Numbered from the stretch's first letter, positions 1 to 11,672 are shown. The stretch: 64,000 bases of DNA from Gekko japonicus (GCF_001447785.1 NW_015174925.1:112229-176228); one strand, 5' to 3'. A program made the numbers and translations. The notes: generated from the letters alone by a model not told the origin.

Positions 1-329
1 GGGCAGCTCAATTTGTCACGGCGGCAAGCACCTATCAGCAACCCTGGAGGGGGAAGGGGTCTGTCAGGGGCAGACTGCCTTTTGGAGTGCCTTTGATGGA
101 TACTCAGCACAGGCCGTGCGGCGGTGGATGAAGGATCGTCATGGCATGTTCCAATGCTGGGTTGCCCGGGTGTGAGCCACTTACAGCGGGCTACGTCCTG
201 GGGGCCAGGTGCATTGCCCGTCTTGGCAAGGCTGGGGTTTGAGTTTGAGTGACCCCAGGCCTTGGGCCTTGACCATGCTGCTCATACTGATAGGTCTTGT
301 CATTGTTTTATTAATGAATAAAGGGGCCT

Positions 330-860
330 TTAAAGGTTGGATTGGGCCACTACTTGCCTCACCCCCAGATTCGGCTTGATTTTCCGGACCTGTACAGAGG
401 GGATGGCGTGCACCTTTCCGAGAAGGGAAATTACATCTTCCTTCTGGATTTGCAGCAAGGGCTTAAGCTAATTTTAGGGGTTTGAGTGGGCGCAGGGGCC
501 TAAGCAGAGGCTTATCAACCCTGCAGCCGTGCGGCCGGGGATGAGGCTTGCAGACTGCCTATGGGGATGGCCACAAAGGAGACTCAGCGCTGTCCATGCG
601 GTGGTGTTTGAGGGCTCCTGAAGGCACATCCCAATCATTGGCCCGGCTGGGTTTGCAAGCGACTTACAGTTGGCTCCAACCCGGGGCCATGGTGTCTTGC
701 CGTTTATATGGTTAAGGATGGTGGTCAAAGCGACTCCAGGCCTTGCCGTGCCGCTGTTTTCATTTATGCCCTTTGCCGTTAAGTTAATACTTTAATAAAG
801 TGGCCTTATTTCATCCAACGTCGTTGTCTGACTGTTTCTTCCGTCTGGGGGGGCAAAGAC
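330..860 (+). mobile_element. 3' remnant of a probable Ngaro-type tyrosine-recombinase retrotransposon (SGNH/GDSL hydrolase C-terminus plus downstream terminal region)
   Basis: Frame 339-485 reads GLGHYLPHPQIRLDFPDLYRGDGVHLSEKGNYIFLLDLQQGLKLILGV*, with the DGxH catalytic block of SGNH hydrolases. It is followed by non-coding GC-rich sequence with AATAAAG(T/G)GGCC at about 795 and a similar motif at about 317. No LINE ORF2 follows, which favours Ngaro over a CR1/L2 ORF1 esterase. Confidence 0.55.
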
Positions 861-880
861 AGGTTCTCACAGTTTGGTGT

Positions 881-1078
881 AGCCAGTTTGGTGTAGTGGT
901 TAAGTGTGCGGACTCTAATCTGGGAGAACCGGGTTTCATTCCCCACTCCTCCACTTGCACCTGGCTGGATGACCTTGGGTCGGTCACAAGCTCTGGCACA
1001 GCTGTCCTTGAAAAAGAGCAGTTTGTGTCAGAGTTCTCTCAGCCCCACCCACCTCACAGGGTGTCTGTTGTGGGGAGG
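881..1078 (+). mobile_element. Squam3-like tRNA-derived SINE, 3'-truncated
   Basis: Head AGCCAGTTTGGTGTAGTGGTTAAG...GGGTTTCATTCCCC (A/B boxes); body nearly identical to the copy at 39466-39745. Confidence 0.9.
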
Positions 1079-1361
1079 GTGTCTGTTGTTTATTAACAGC
1101 TTTTTTCCCCCCATTAACAGTAGTTTAACAGGGAATGATCTCCTAACCTTGGGTTTTTAGTTTAGTGTGGGTTGCCTTTCCTTTATCCTTAATTGTAGTT
1201 CCCCTATCCCTATTTTTTCTTGGTAGTTTTTGTAGTATTTTAAAAAAATCCCCTCCGGGGGCTTAAAAAGAAAAAGACATATTTTACCAAGGGTTATCTT
1301 TGAGCTGAGGCTCTGCCCACCTTTAAATCCTCCCCTGCTTCTCTCCCAGCACATGCTACAT

Positions 1362-1740
1362 TTTCGAAGAAAAAGCCCAGCAGGAACTCATTAGCATAAT
1401 AGGCCATACTCAACAGCAGAAACTCATAAGCATATTAGGCCACACCCCCACACCTTCCCTTGGCTTGCCCAGGCGCTCCACGGGCAAGCCCCCCCTTGAA
1501 GGGAACTGCCTTCCCTTGGCCTGTCCGGGTGACCCGCAGCTCCGGCAAGCCAGCCCTTGGACATTTAAATGCCTCCCCAATCCTTCCAGGGCCTGCCTGC
1601 CTCGGAGTCGCCGGGGGTGTCGCTCTCCAGGCCTTCCCTCTGTAGCCACGCACGCAGAGGTTTTGGCTGTAGTGGGCGTGGCCAACTCTGAAGCCAGCCG
1701 GAACTCTGTTCCTGTGCGTTCCTGCTCCAAAATAGCCCTG
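1362..1740. mobile_element. Non-autonomous hAT-type MITE, left TIR eroded
   Basis: Ends GTTCCTGCTCCAAAATAGCCCTG; shares the GAACTCATTAGCATA block with the MITE at 10802-11141; flanked by GCTACAT(T/C). Confidence 0.6.
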
Positions 1741-4020
1741 GCTACATCTGTCAAGAGAGAAGACATCTTGGAAGAAAATTCCAGCTAAAACTCTCATCTT
1801 CCGGCACTCTGACTGCTTGCAGGTATCAGCCAGTCCCCTCAACTGATTGGTTATTTGACAAGGTCATCTTGAGAGCCTGTTAATTACGTAGTTCACCCAG
1901 TTCAGCTGTGAATCTGGTAGGGGAGGGGGGAATTTACTCTCATCCCAGAAATTTCTATGGAGACAGCCCTGTGATTGGTTGGGGAGGTTAGAGGGTTATG
2001 GCTGGTGTTGTCTACATTACACAGTATAGTTCCCCTTCTTACCCCCTTTCCTCCACCCACCACCCTTGCTGCTTGAAGATACTCTGTGTAAGCTCTGGAA
2101 CATCATGCTTCAGCTGTAACAACCAGCACTGCCGCCCCTGGAATAAATAAGTGGCATGGTCAATTAGTCTTTGTTATTTATTTTTTTGGTGCCTTATGAC
2201 TCCACTGAACTATATGTTTTGCTTTTAATTACTTTTCTTGAATTTCTTCACTAAAGCTTTTCTGATTCCTTACAAGACTTCTTCTCTTCCCTAAACAGAG
2301 ATTCCATATGATTCAGGGAAACAATACAGAACTTACCCAGGCCAAAGCATGGATGCATTACTGCCCCAAGGCAGGGTCAGCCGTGACAACATCTCCTTCC
2401 CATTCCCTACGACAGAACTTTCAGGTTCTCTTCAAAATCTACACAAACTTTCCAGGGCCCACATTCATAAAGGGCATCTGGAAAGGTAATAACTGGGAAC
2501 TATAGCAGAGTGAAACCTCTTACACTTTTCTGGATATGAATCCTTTCTGTCTTACAAACGTTTCTGAGGCACTCTGATTCCAGTTAGGGCTTAGCTCCAT
2601 CAATTGGACTGCTTCCTTAAGAGGTTCTTAAGAACACCCTTGACAACAGAATTTACATACATTCATGGTGTTTCAGAATTGTATCGGTCGAACAATCTCA
2701 GGCCTAAAATGGCTACTTACCTGGAAACAGATGTGTTGATTGACCTTGTACCCCCAAGAACTGCTAAAATTCACGATCTTACCACAACTTGTCTACTTAA
2801 TTTTACTTTGTGAGGACTGAGCTTCCATTATCTCAGACTCAAAGACTTGGGACCACTGCCAGGTACTCATAAAGGAACATTCTAATGGTTCCAAAAAAAA
2901 AAAGATGATAGGGCTAGCGTACTGCCTCATTCCAAAAGGAGCAGGACTCTACATATAATCTCTCAGGCAGCAAAGAAATAACACTAACCCTAAAAGGGAA
3001 AAATAAGAGGGGGGAAACAGAAAAGGAGCCAGTTTCAGAAACTGATCAGCATGTAAAAAATTGTCAACAGTTCAAAGAGAACCAGCACGCACTGCAATTG
3101 GTTCAGTGAGAATTTCCCAGTAGGAATTTATTGCTATTAGAATTTCACAGTATGAACTAGTTTCTGTGAAAGGGCAGAGGCAGAATTTTTTTTTTTGAAA
3201 AAACAATCCTCCAGTATTATTTTATTGTTTTAAATTAGTGCCAGTTTAAATATTATCCCAGCAGCATGGAAGCTGCTAGGAAATAACACTTCCCTATGAC
3301 TACGGCTCCATGCAGCATACGTTTGCCTGCATCTTGCCAAAATGCTTACAGTACTCTTCTGATTCCTTACGAGACTTCTTCTCTTCCCTAAACAGAGATT
3401 CCATATGATTCAGGGAAACAATACAGAAGAACTTCTATATATTAATGTCTCCCATGTGGATCCAGCCCACACAGAGAAGCCATTTCCCAGTGGTTTCTGC
3501 GTAACTGGGGCAACATGTTAATGGACCTCTAATGAGTGCCCTGTCCCATAGTTCCACATGGCCTATAATATCTGCATGATAAACTAATAATAAAACTGCT
3601 GAAACAGCCCTTCAATTACCCATGAGCCACATATTATAATTTTTCTCTCTCTCAGCATTGAGATGGAAAGATCAAAAAGCCTTTAAAGTTAAATTGCATA
3701 GCTAAACCCCTCAAATACCCATCTTGGCCAACTGGCCCAGAAAAGTACCAGGGCTAATAGTATCAAAAGCCACCAAGAAGTGGGAAAAGGGGGTAGTGAA
3801 GGACTGGGTGCTGTCCCTTCTCTCAGCCTCCAGACTACGTGGCAAGAGAGTCAGATAGCTAGATAGTCACACTAAGCTTCCTTCCTGTGTTTACTATACA
3901 TCCTCTGTATTTTAGTGTATTTCTTTTACAGAATAGTATATTAGAATACTGAATGTAATGCAAGGAATACTGGAATGTTTTGCTGACATACCACTGTACC
4001 CACCTCAAAAAAGAAAGAAA

Positions 4021-4295
4021 AAAGAGAAGAGAGAGAAGAGACGAGATTGAATTTATACTCCGCCCTTCACGGAGTCTCAGAGTAATTTACAAACTCCCAT
4101 CCCTTCCTCTCCCCACAACACACACCCTGCAATGTAGGTGGGGCTGAGAGAACTCTTTCAAGAACTGTCCTTGAGAGAACAGCTCTGACAGAACTATGGC
4201 TTGCCCAAGGCCATCCAGCAGCTGCAAGTGGAGGAGTGGGGAATCAAACCCGGTTCTCCCAGATTAGAGTCCGCACACTTAACCACTACACCAAA
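4021..4295 (-). mobile_element. Squam3-like SINE
   Basis: Reverse complement of the Squam3 head (...CACTTAACCACTACACCAAA) with a purine-rich tail at the left. Confidence 0.9.
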
Positions 4296-4575
4296 ATGTT
4301 GTTAAGTTACCTCCACGCCTGAGAGGAGACGAATGGAGAATCCCAGTTTACTCTCCACAATTAGAAAAGATAACTTTACACATTTATCCCGTTTTGACAT
4401 ATTTATTGCTTTGCTGTCCTTTTCCACCCTTAATTAAATCAAAACAACTGTTGACTTTATAACCTTACCTTGTTATTTAGTTTTGTCTTTGCATCTCTTA
4501 AAACATCTTCATCATGTTACATGCTAATTTGCTGTTCAGCCTTTGTCTATAAATTCCACCTCTACGAGTTTGGTA

Positions 4576-5066
4576 GAGCCACTTTGGTGTAGAAGAAGAA
4601 GAAGAAGAGATTGGATTTAGACACTGCCCTTCACTCAGAGTCTCAGAGCGACTTACAAACTCCTTTCCCTTCCCCTCCCCACAACAGACACCCTGTGAGG
4701 TAGGTTGGGCTGAGAGAGCTCTTTCCAGAACTGCTCTTTCAAGAACAGCTCTGACAGAATTATGCCTTGCCCAAGGTTACCCAGTAGCTGCAAGTGGAGG
4801 AGTGGGGTTAGAAGCATGGACTCTAATCTGGGAGAAGCAGGTTTGATTCTCCACTCCTCCACATGCAGCTGCTGGTGCGACCTTGGTTTAGTCATAAGTT
4901 ATTTCAGAGCTATTCTCTCACAAACAGCTCTGGAAAGAGCTCTCTCAGCCACACCTACCTCACACGGTGTCTGTTGTGGGGAAGGGAAGGAAAAGGGATT
5001 GTAAGCCGCTCTGAGACGCCTTCAGGTAGTGAAGGGTAGGGTACAAATCCAATGTCTTCCTCTTCC
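4576..5066. mobile_element. Nested Squam3-like SINEs: minus copy (about 4593-4802) inserted into the A-box of a plus copy (4576-4592 joined to 4803-5066)
   Basis: GAGCCACTTTGGTGTAG is interrupted by (GAA)n and an antisense body; the plus copy resumes TGGGGTTAGAAGCATGGACTCTAATC and runs to a TCTTCC tail. Confidence 0.8.
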
Positions 5067-5071
5067 ATTCT

Positions 5072-5202
5072 AATGTATTTGAAAAAGTGTGCATGCACAA
5101 GAAAGCTCATACTTTGAATAAACCTTTGTTGGTCATAAAGGTGCCACTGGACTCTAAAGTTGTTCTACTCCTTCAGACCAACACAGCTGACCACCTGGAA
5201 CT
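5072..5202 (+). mobile_element. Penelope-like pseudo-LTR fragment with minimal hammerhead-like motif (5075-5112)
   Basis: GTAT-TTGAAAA-A-GTGTGCATGCACAA-GAAA-GCTC-ATAC followed by TTGTTGGTCATAAAGGTGCCACTGGACTC, the pLTR block also present at 37.3 kb and 40.9 kb. Confidence 0.7.
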
Positions 5203-5394
5203 TTCTTCTGCCACTGTCCCTTTGAAACGTAGAATGCTATTCTCAGGGAAATTGCCTCTCCTTCCTTCTGTTCCATCCTCTCCAACAACACACATCTCCT
5301 TGCAGACAACAAGAGGGACAACACACTGTCTCCATCTTGACACCATGATGCAGATGGCCCTCTCACCATCTGCATCCATCCTTAGTAAGTTAGA

Positions 5395-6057
5395 GGGAGC
5401 GGTGGCGCAGGTGGTTAAACGCCTGCATGTAACATCTACAAACAGCTGCTACAGCTGTTCAACTCCCGCTGCGGCTAGAGTGAGCACCTGGCCCCACTCC
5501 CGCTAACCCAGCGGTTTGAAAGCACGATGTAACATCAAAAATGTGTGAGTAGATCAATGGGTACCTACCTTAGATGGTAGGGGGCACCCTCCCCCCATCG
5601 AGGGGGTCTGCGGAGTGGCGACGATGAGCGGTGAGGCGGCGAGCGGCAGACGGAGAGCGACGGAAAAATGGCGACTGAGGCGCAACATCTACGAGGGTCC
5701 GGACGTTGGTGGAAGGCGGAGCCAGGAAGACGCCGGGAGCGTGAAAGGCACAGGCGCGGCGGGACCTCAATGAACGGAGCTGGAACCGCACCGGAAGCGC
5801 GCCGAGCGCCTGAGAGGCCCGCTGAAACCGCCACCGGAAAGATCACAGATAGCAGGAGAAGAGGCCAGAAAGAAGCCGAGCCGACGAGCCGTTCCAGAAG
5901 GAAGAAGATCGAATAATGTCCCTCCACTGGGTGCTGTTAGGACAGTCCCCACACCAGTATATATGTGGCCATAGGTAAGGGATAACGGTTAACTGTAAGC
6001 CGCTCAGAGACCCCCTGGGGGGTTCGAGCGGGGTAGCAAGTTGAAAGAAGAAAGAAG
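5395..6057 (+). mobile_element. Composite SINE-like element: Sauria/tRNA head, CpG-rich body, L2-like tail
   Basis: A box TGGCGCAGGTGG, B box GTTCAACTC, Sauria-type CCCAGCGGTTTGAAAGCA...GAGTAGAT..ATGGGTACC, 3' TGTAAGCCGCTCAGAG...GAGCGGG plus (GAAA/GAA) tail. No TTTT terminator inside. Confidence 0.7.
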
Positions 6058-7308
6058 ATCCCTGTTCCTAAGCTCTCTTATCTAGAATGTAGTTCCAAAA
6101 TAAAGAGTCTTCAAACGGAAGAGTGGCTCTGTGTAGCCTTGTAAGTTAGCTTTGGTACCTGGAACAAAGACGCCGTTGCGTGTGTGCTAAAAGCACTCTG
6201 CTAAATTAGGCAGTGGGGACTGGACTAACTATACCAGCTAACCCAATGGGGGGATCAACACAGTTGCATTCCAGCTGCACTTCTATCAGCAAAGGCTGTC
6301 CATTTGAGCAACCAAGGTGGTTTTAGTCTCCAAACCAGGACAGAAGCTCTTCTAAAGTGGGTCCAGATAATCCCCCTCACTCAAGAATGCCAAATATGTA
6401 TACCATTTTCCATTTGTATACTAGGTCTTTATAAGTTATTTTAAAAATCTTTAGTGAGCAACGGGGTAGGGATACAGTGTGCAAATGACAACTTTTTAAG
6501 CCATGGACAAAACAATAAATAAGACTTTTTGTTAAATAATAAGATAGGCCTTCTGAATAAAATACCTTTTACTGTAGCCATTACTGGGTTGATTTTTTGT
6601 TCGTTTGTTTTCCATTTTTGCAAGCTATATTGCGTATTCTTTGCATAGAAGGTAGAGAGATTGACATAATGTTTTCCTTGTTCACTTTCACTTATATTGC
6701 CATAGACCTTACTATAGCCTGCTTGGTCACCCAGTATTATTATCGCTATATTGCATGTGGGAAGGCTGAGAAAAAAATGTCTTGCCTCCAGGTCACCTAC
6801 TGAGTTCATGGCATAGGTGAACTTTGAACTAAGGAGCATTGAATCACAGTGGCTAATTGTGCCACCCCAGCTCTTAAAAATTTCCTTGCCATTCCAAAAA
6901 CTTGCTTGCCACTGTGCCATATGCACAGAATTTAATAATTTCTTCCCGCTAAAAATCAGCACCAGACTTGTCAATAAAGCGTTCCGCCACGTTTTCAGCT
7001 TGGGTCCTGCTTCTAAGCTTATCCTGTCTTCTGCTCCCCCACTTCCTCCCATATCCTGCAAAACCATCTTTTACAATAGAGCCAAGCAGAGAGCCTAATC
7101 CACAGCTCTTTGTATCAAGCATTAGGCTGCATGTGTGCAACTGCATGCAAGGGTCTCTGCAAGCTGCTCTGCTGTGGAATAGATGGTTGGTACTGGAAGG
7201 ACAAGAAGTAGAAGTTTAGGTGTCTGGTCCATGCTCAAGAAGGTGGATTGGGGCACCCATGTTCTGGGCCGCTGTCAGAAAGAGGTCAAAAGCAACCCAT
7301 ACCTAAGT

Positions 7309-7488
7309 CAAGCCCGTAGCTACAGTGGAGCATCTCGGGGCTAGCCCCCCCAACTTGCTGGAAAGGCCCCCTGACTTCCCATCTAGCCCAGGGCATCATG
7401 GCCTTTTCCTCCTGATTAATTTGATTAGCCAGTGCCCCCTGAGAAATTGAAATGCCCCCTGACTTAAAAAATTCTGGCTACGGGCCTG
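7309..7488. mobile_element. hAT MITE (180 bp)
   Basis: TIRs CAAGCCCGTAGC / GCTACGGGCCTG; perfect 8-bp TSD ACCTAAGT (7301-7308, 7489-7496). Confidence 0.9.
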
Positions 7489-7673
7489 ACCTAAGTGTTC
7501 TTATATCTGCACACCGGAATGCACCACTAGAACAAACCAACAGCTCTTCTGCAATCAAGTTGGAATGATGGGCCAAGTTGAGGAGGTAGTCAACTCACAA
7601 ATCTAAGCAGGCTTCTCTGTTATTTCAACCACCCAAAACAATCTATGTGATGGAGAGGGAAGTATCCACAGCA

Positions 7674-7985
7674 TGGGGTTGCCAGTCCCCAGGTCCCAGC
7701 GGGGGTTCCCTTGCTTTTTGAGGCTTCTGTCCACTGCTGGAAACCCCACCCCCAAACAGCCACGTACAGGCATGATGTCCCCAACACAATGACGTCACCC
7801 AGAAGTGACATCATCACATCAGGGACATCGCACATGATGCTCTGGCTTGAGAGCAAAACTTTATGGTAAATTTGGCCTAAAACCATAGAATTTTGCCTTT
7901 AAACCAGAGCATTGTCAACACAATGACGTCACTTCCAGGTGGTGTCATCGCATCAGTGACGTCCTGGAACGCCCCTCCAACCCTT
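7674..7985. mobile_element. hAT-type palindromic MITE (TAGGGTTGCCA family), partial
   Basis: GGGGTTGCCAG start and an internal inverted repeat with TGACGTCA motifs; same family as 31218-31601 and 48461-49692. Confidence 0.65.
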
Positions 7986-8124
7986 GATCCACCTGTCTTG
8001 GGATGCTCTCCCACCCTTCCCTAGAACTTTTGCAGCCTTTCCCAAAGTAAGAGCTGAGTGCTTCAGTGTCTTAGAACATCTCGTATATGCTTTGTGACAT
8101 ATATCAACAATTTACAAAGACTAG

Positions 8125-8460
8125 CATTTATTTAATTGGAAAATTTGTATGCCGCTTCTCCAAATCTGCTAGAGGCAGCTCACAACAACAATACAAAGAC
8201 AAGCATACAATAAAAACAACTCATAACAAAGAAATCATAAAGTAATCCAAATTAATAATAAAAGGACACCCGTGAAAACCATCACTAAAAGCAAGCCAAG
8301 GTATAAAATGGAGCAGTCTAAAGTGAAATTGGGAAAAAAGTGTTCAGGACAGGAGCAGACCATAGAACAGCTAAAAAAAGATGGAACCCCTCAGTTCAAT
8401 GCGTGGGTAAAGTGAAATGTTTTGGCCTGGCATTTAAAACAAAGTAAGCAACAGGCAAGC
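8125..8460 (-). mobile_element. Old L2 3'-end fragment
   Basis: TTTATTTAA...GTATGCCGC...GGCAGCTCACAAC tail pattern, resembling the L2 3' end at 32200. Confidence 0.45.
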
Positions 8461-10801
8461 CTCCAGTGTGAGACAGAAGTAGGGTGAAACAGAACTAATA
8501 GGGCTGTGCACCAGACCTGATGTCATCTGAATCACTTTACTTCAGATTAAACCAGTTTAAACAAGCAACTATCCCCTGCTAACTCCCTTCTCCTTGCCCC
8601 TGGCACACCACCATTTTGAATTTAGCAATGGGTGCTAATGAGAGAGAAACATCATGATGGCCCTTGAAATGGCAGCAACAGACAGGAATGTTGACGGCTG
8701 GAAACTTTAACAACAAGGGGAAGAAAAGGAAATGGCAGGTTATAAGATCAGTAGAATGTTACAGGCAAAACAGGTAGGAACCTGCCCCACCCACCCCTAT
8801 TCTCACCCCTCTTAGACCCCAAAGCAGGGTCCACGTGCTTAGTTGTAAAAATGAATTAAACTGCCATACTTAAAATAAACAAGCAAAATAAGTCTTTCCC
8901 CCTAACCTTTGTATGCCCTTTGAGGCCGGAGGTACCTGGAAGCAGTATCAATGTTCCCATATGCAGAGCATCAGATGCTGAAGCGGCAAGGCTTGAAAGG
9001 AAGTGGAAAACTCTGGTGACACCTGGTGAACATTAAAGCCAGCTTTGTTTCAAAGTCAGAGACTCCTGAGAAAAACAGGGGTCACCCTTGTCAAAGCACT
9101 TCTTCCTTTCCAAACGCAATTCTCCTTCCCCCCTCCCTTTTCTTTCATGTTTTGACTAACATTACTAATCCTGGAAAATATTTTTCTTTCCTTTGAGTCT
9201 TCCCCGATGCCTAAGCCAGCCTGTCCTGCTCCTTTTTCCACATGCAGAAGTTGAGTAGTCGAGATAACTGAGTTGTTCAAGGCAGCAGCAAAACAGGCCA
9301 GCCGTTCAGTGACCCCCAAATGACCATCAATATATTTTGTGCTTAATGCCAGACTCGGCACACATATAGGAAGTTACTAGGACCATATGGTCACCATAAG
9401 TTACTGTTCAGTTAGTGTAATCAGAACCCACTTTTCATCATAACTGTAGCTTTGTACTACAAAGCAGGAGACACAAATCTACCCTCAAGTACAGAAACAG
9501 ATAATTGAATTCAGAGTCCAAAACAATAATTCAGCCAGCTGACTATTCGGTCTCCCACAGTGGCCCCCAATCCAACCCTTAAGAAAAAAAAATTGCCTGC
9601 AGACAGAGTTTATTGGCTATCTACAGCCAACCCATTCAGACAGAGCAACAGGGTCATTCTGCCTTCGCCCGCCAAAGACATGTAAACTGATTCCACTCTA
9701 GCCATGCAGTTTTGTCATTAGTGATTCTGCTCCATCTCAGTGCAACATTGTTTGTGTTGCTTCCTCTCACCTCCTCTTTCGTTTTTTTCTTAATGGAACA
9801 CTACATTTTGACCCACGGGGTGTAAAGACTGCCCCTGTGCTCATTAAGATGTCAAGGAGGGTCATTCTTTCAACACCGAAAAGAAACCTCAGAGAAAAGA
9901 CCATGAAGAGCTCATACAATTCAGTGAGAGGGTCACATGACAAAAGCGGGAACTCTCATGCACCTGCTCCAACGGCACACAAGCTGAGGGTTTCCCCTGA
10001 CTGATGTCCTTGCACCTGCTTCATACATAAGCTGTTTGGGCAGAGGATGTGGGCTGGTAGGAAGCAGTGTGCTATTCAAACTTACACATGATATAAAGAG
10101 GCAAGAGACAGGTATACACCCACACAGACACATATACATAAATACTTGACCTCAAATGTCAACACACCAGAAAACAGACAGGAAGCAATTTCTCATAAGC
10201 CCACATAACAGGCAAACTCTTAAAACCACCACCACAGATTTAGAGAAAACACAGACACACGCACACATATATATTCTAAAAAGCAGTTTTTAAAAATATT
10301 GTAGCTGTTGCAAAAATATTTAGGCACCATCTCTCCTTATATATAATTGAATAGTGGGTGCCAAAGTTCTAATTCTAAAATACACTCCCTTAGTGTATGG
10401 CTGATGGCACTGCTCCTCAGCATATATCACCACCAATCAGAAGGCAAAGCCCGGGTCCCGCCCACACCACAACTGCTGCGACAACCTGGTCTTTTGCATA
10501 TGGAAGCTGATTGGACTTCACTCCATTCCACACCTCAAACTCCCCCCCCCGCAAGGCAGTTGGAATGTCAGTTGCATATGGAACCTGCTGTATTCTGGTG
10601 GTGTGCAGGTCCCAGGTTCATGTTTTAAAAGCAGACTAACACTGTTTGCCCAAAGCCAGAGCACTCTCCCAGAGCCTCTTTCTAGATCTCGTTGTATTTA
10701 TTTCCACAACGGGCCTTATTTCTAGTATATATATACATACACACACACACACACCAAAAAATGGAGATTTCATACTATATGGATCCTGCCATACTCAACA
10801 A

Positions 10802-11141
10802 CAGAGGTCATTTCAGGGGGGAACGCGGGGGAACACAGTTCCCCCAGGTGAGGTACAGGGGGCGGGGCACATGATGAAGCCCCCCCCCTGCTTCCAGCCG
10901 CCCAGCTTCCAGCCCTCATTCAGCCAGGAGGAGGCAGGAGAAAAGGGAGGGTAAGTTGCTTCCTCCCCGCCTCTCCCCACCCCTGCCTGCCTGGGGCCAG
11001 GGAGGGCCTTGGCGGGGCTTCCTCGCACTCCCGCTGGCCTTGCAGGTCCACCGCCAGGCCCCTGATGTCAGGGGGTGTGGCATATGCTAATGAGTTATGC
11101 TAATGAGTTCCCCTAGCTCTTTTTCTACGAAATGACCCCTG
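10802..11141. mobile_element. hAT MITE
   Basis: TIRs CAGAGGTCATTTC / GAAATGACCCCTG; 8-bp TSD CTCAACAA / CTCAACAT. Confidence 0.85.
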
Positions 11142-11622
11142 CTCAACATATAAACATGTTTTAAGCATATTTTCCTCACTACAGGACCTAACCTCCTTTT
11201 TTTTTAATTTCTGGAAGGCAAATGTCTCTTCCAAATATCACTTTCTCTGTTTTTGTTTCTACTTTTTGTACTCAGCTGTAGCCTGGCACAAAGCTCTGGT
11301 GATAACATAAACTCTGGTGAATTTTAAAAAAGGAAGACTGAAGGCAAGCATTTTTAACAAATACAGAGACATCTAAATGTTTCCTACATGAATTTCAGGG
11401 AACAGCAGAAGCTCTTCCGTTCAGAACACAAGGGCTATTATTGCTCTGAAGCACCAATCACCCAAAACAGGAGAGCAGACAGGAAAAGAGCCAAGTGCAT
11501 TTTCCCCCCTGCGAGGCAAAGATCGGGGGAGCTGATTTTTATGGAGAAAACAAGGTGGGCAAAACTGTTTACACACATCCTTCCCCCAAAGGAATAAGTT
11601 GTCAACCTAGCAAATGTATTTA

Positions 11623-11672
11623 GGAAGGAAGGAAGGAAGGAAGGAAGGAAGGAAGGAAGGAAGGAAGGAAGG
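11623..11672. repeat. (GGAA)n microsatellite abutting assembly gap 11673-11874
   Basis: Direct reading of the sequence. Confidence 0.95.

Noticed and set aside
881-960. tRNA genes at SINE heads (here and at other copies)
   Set aside because: A/B boxes run straight into SINE bodies; no complete cloverleaf could be supported.
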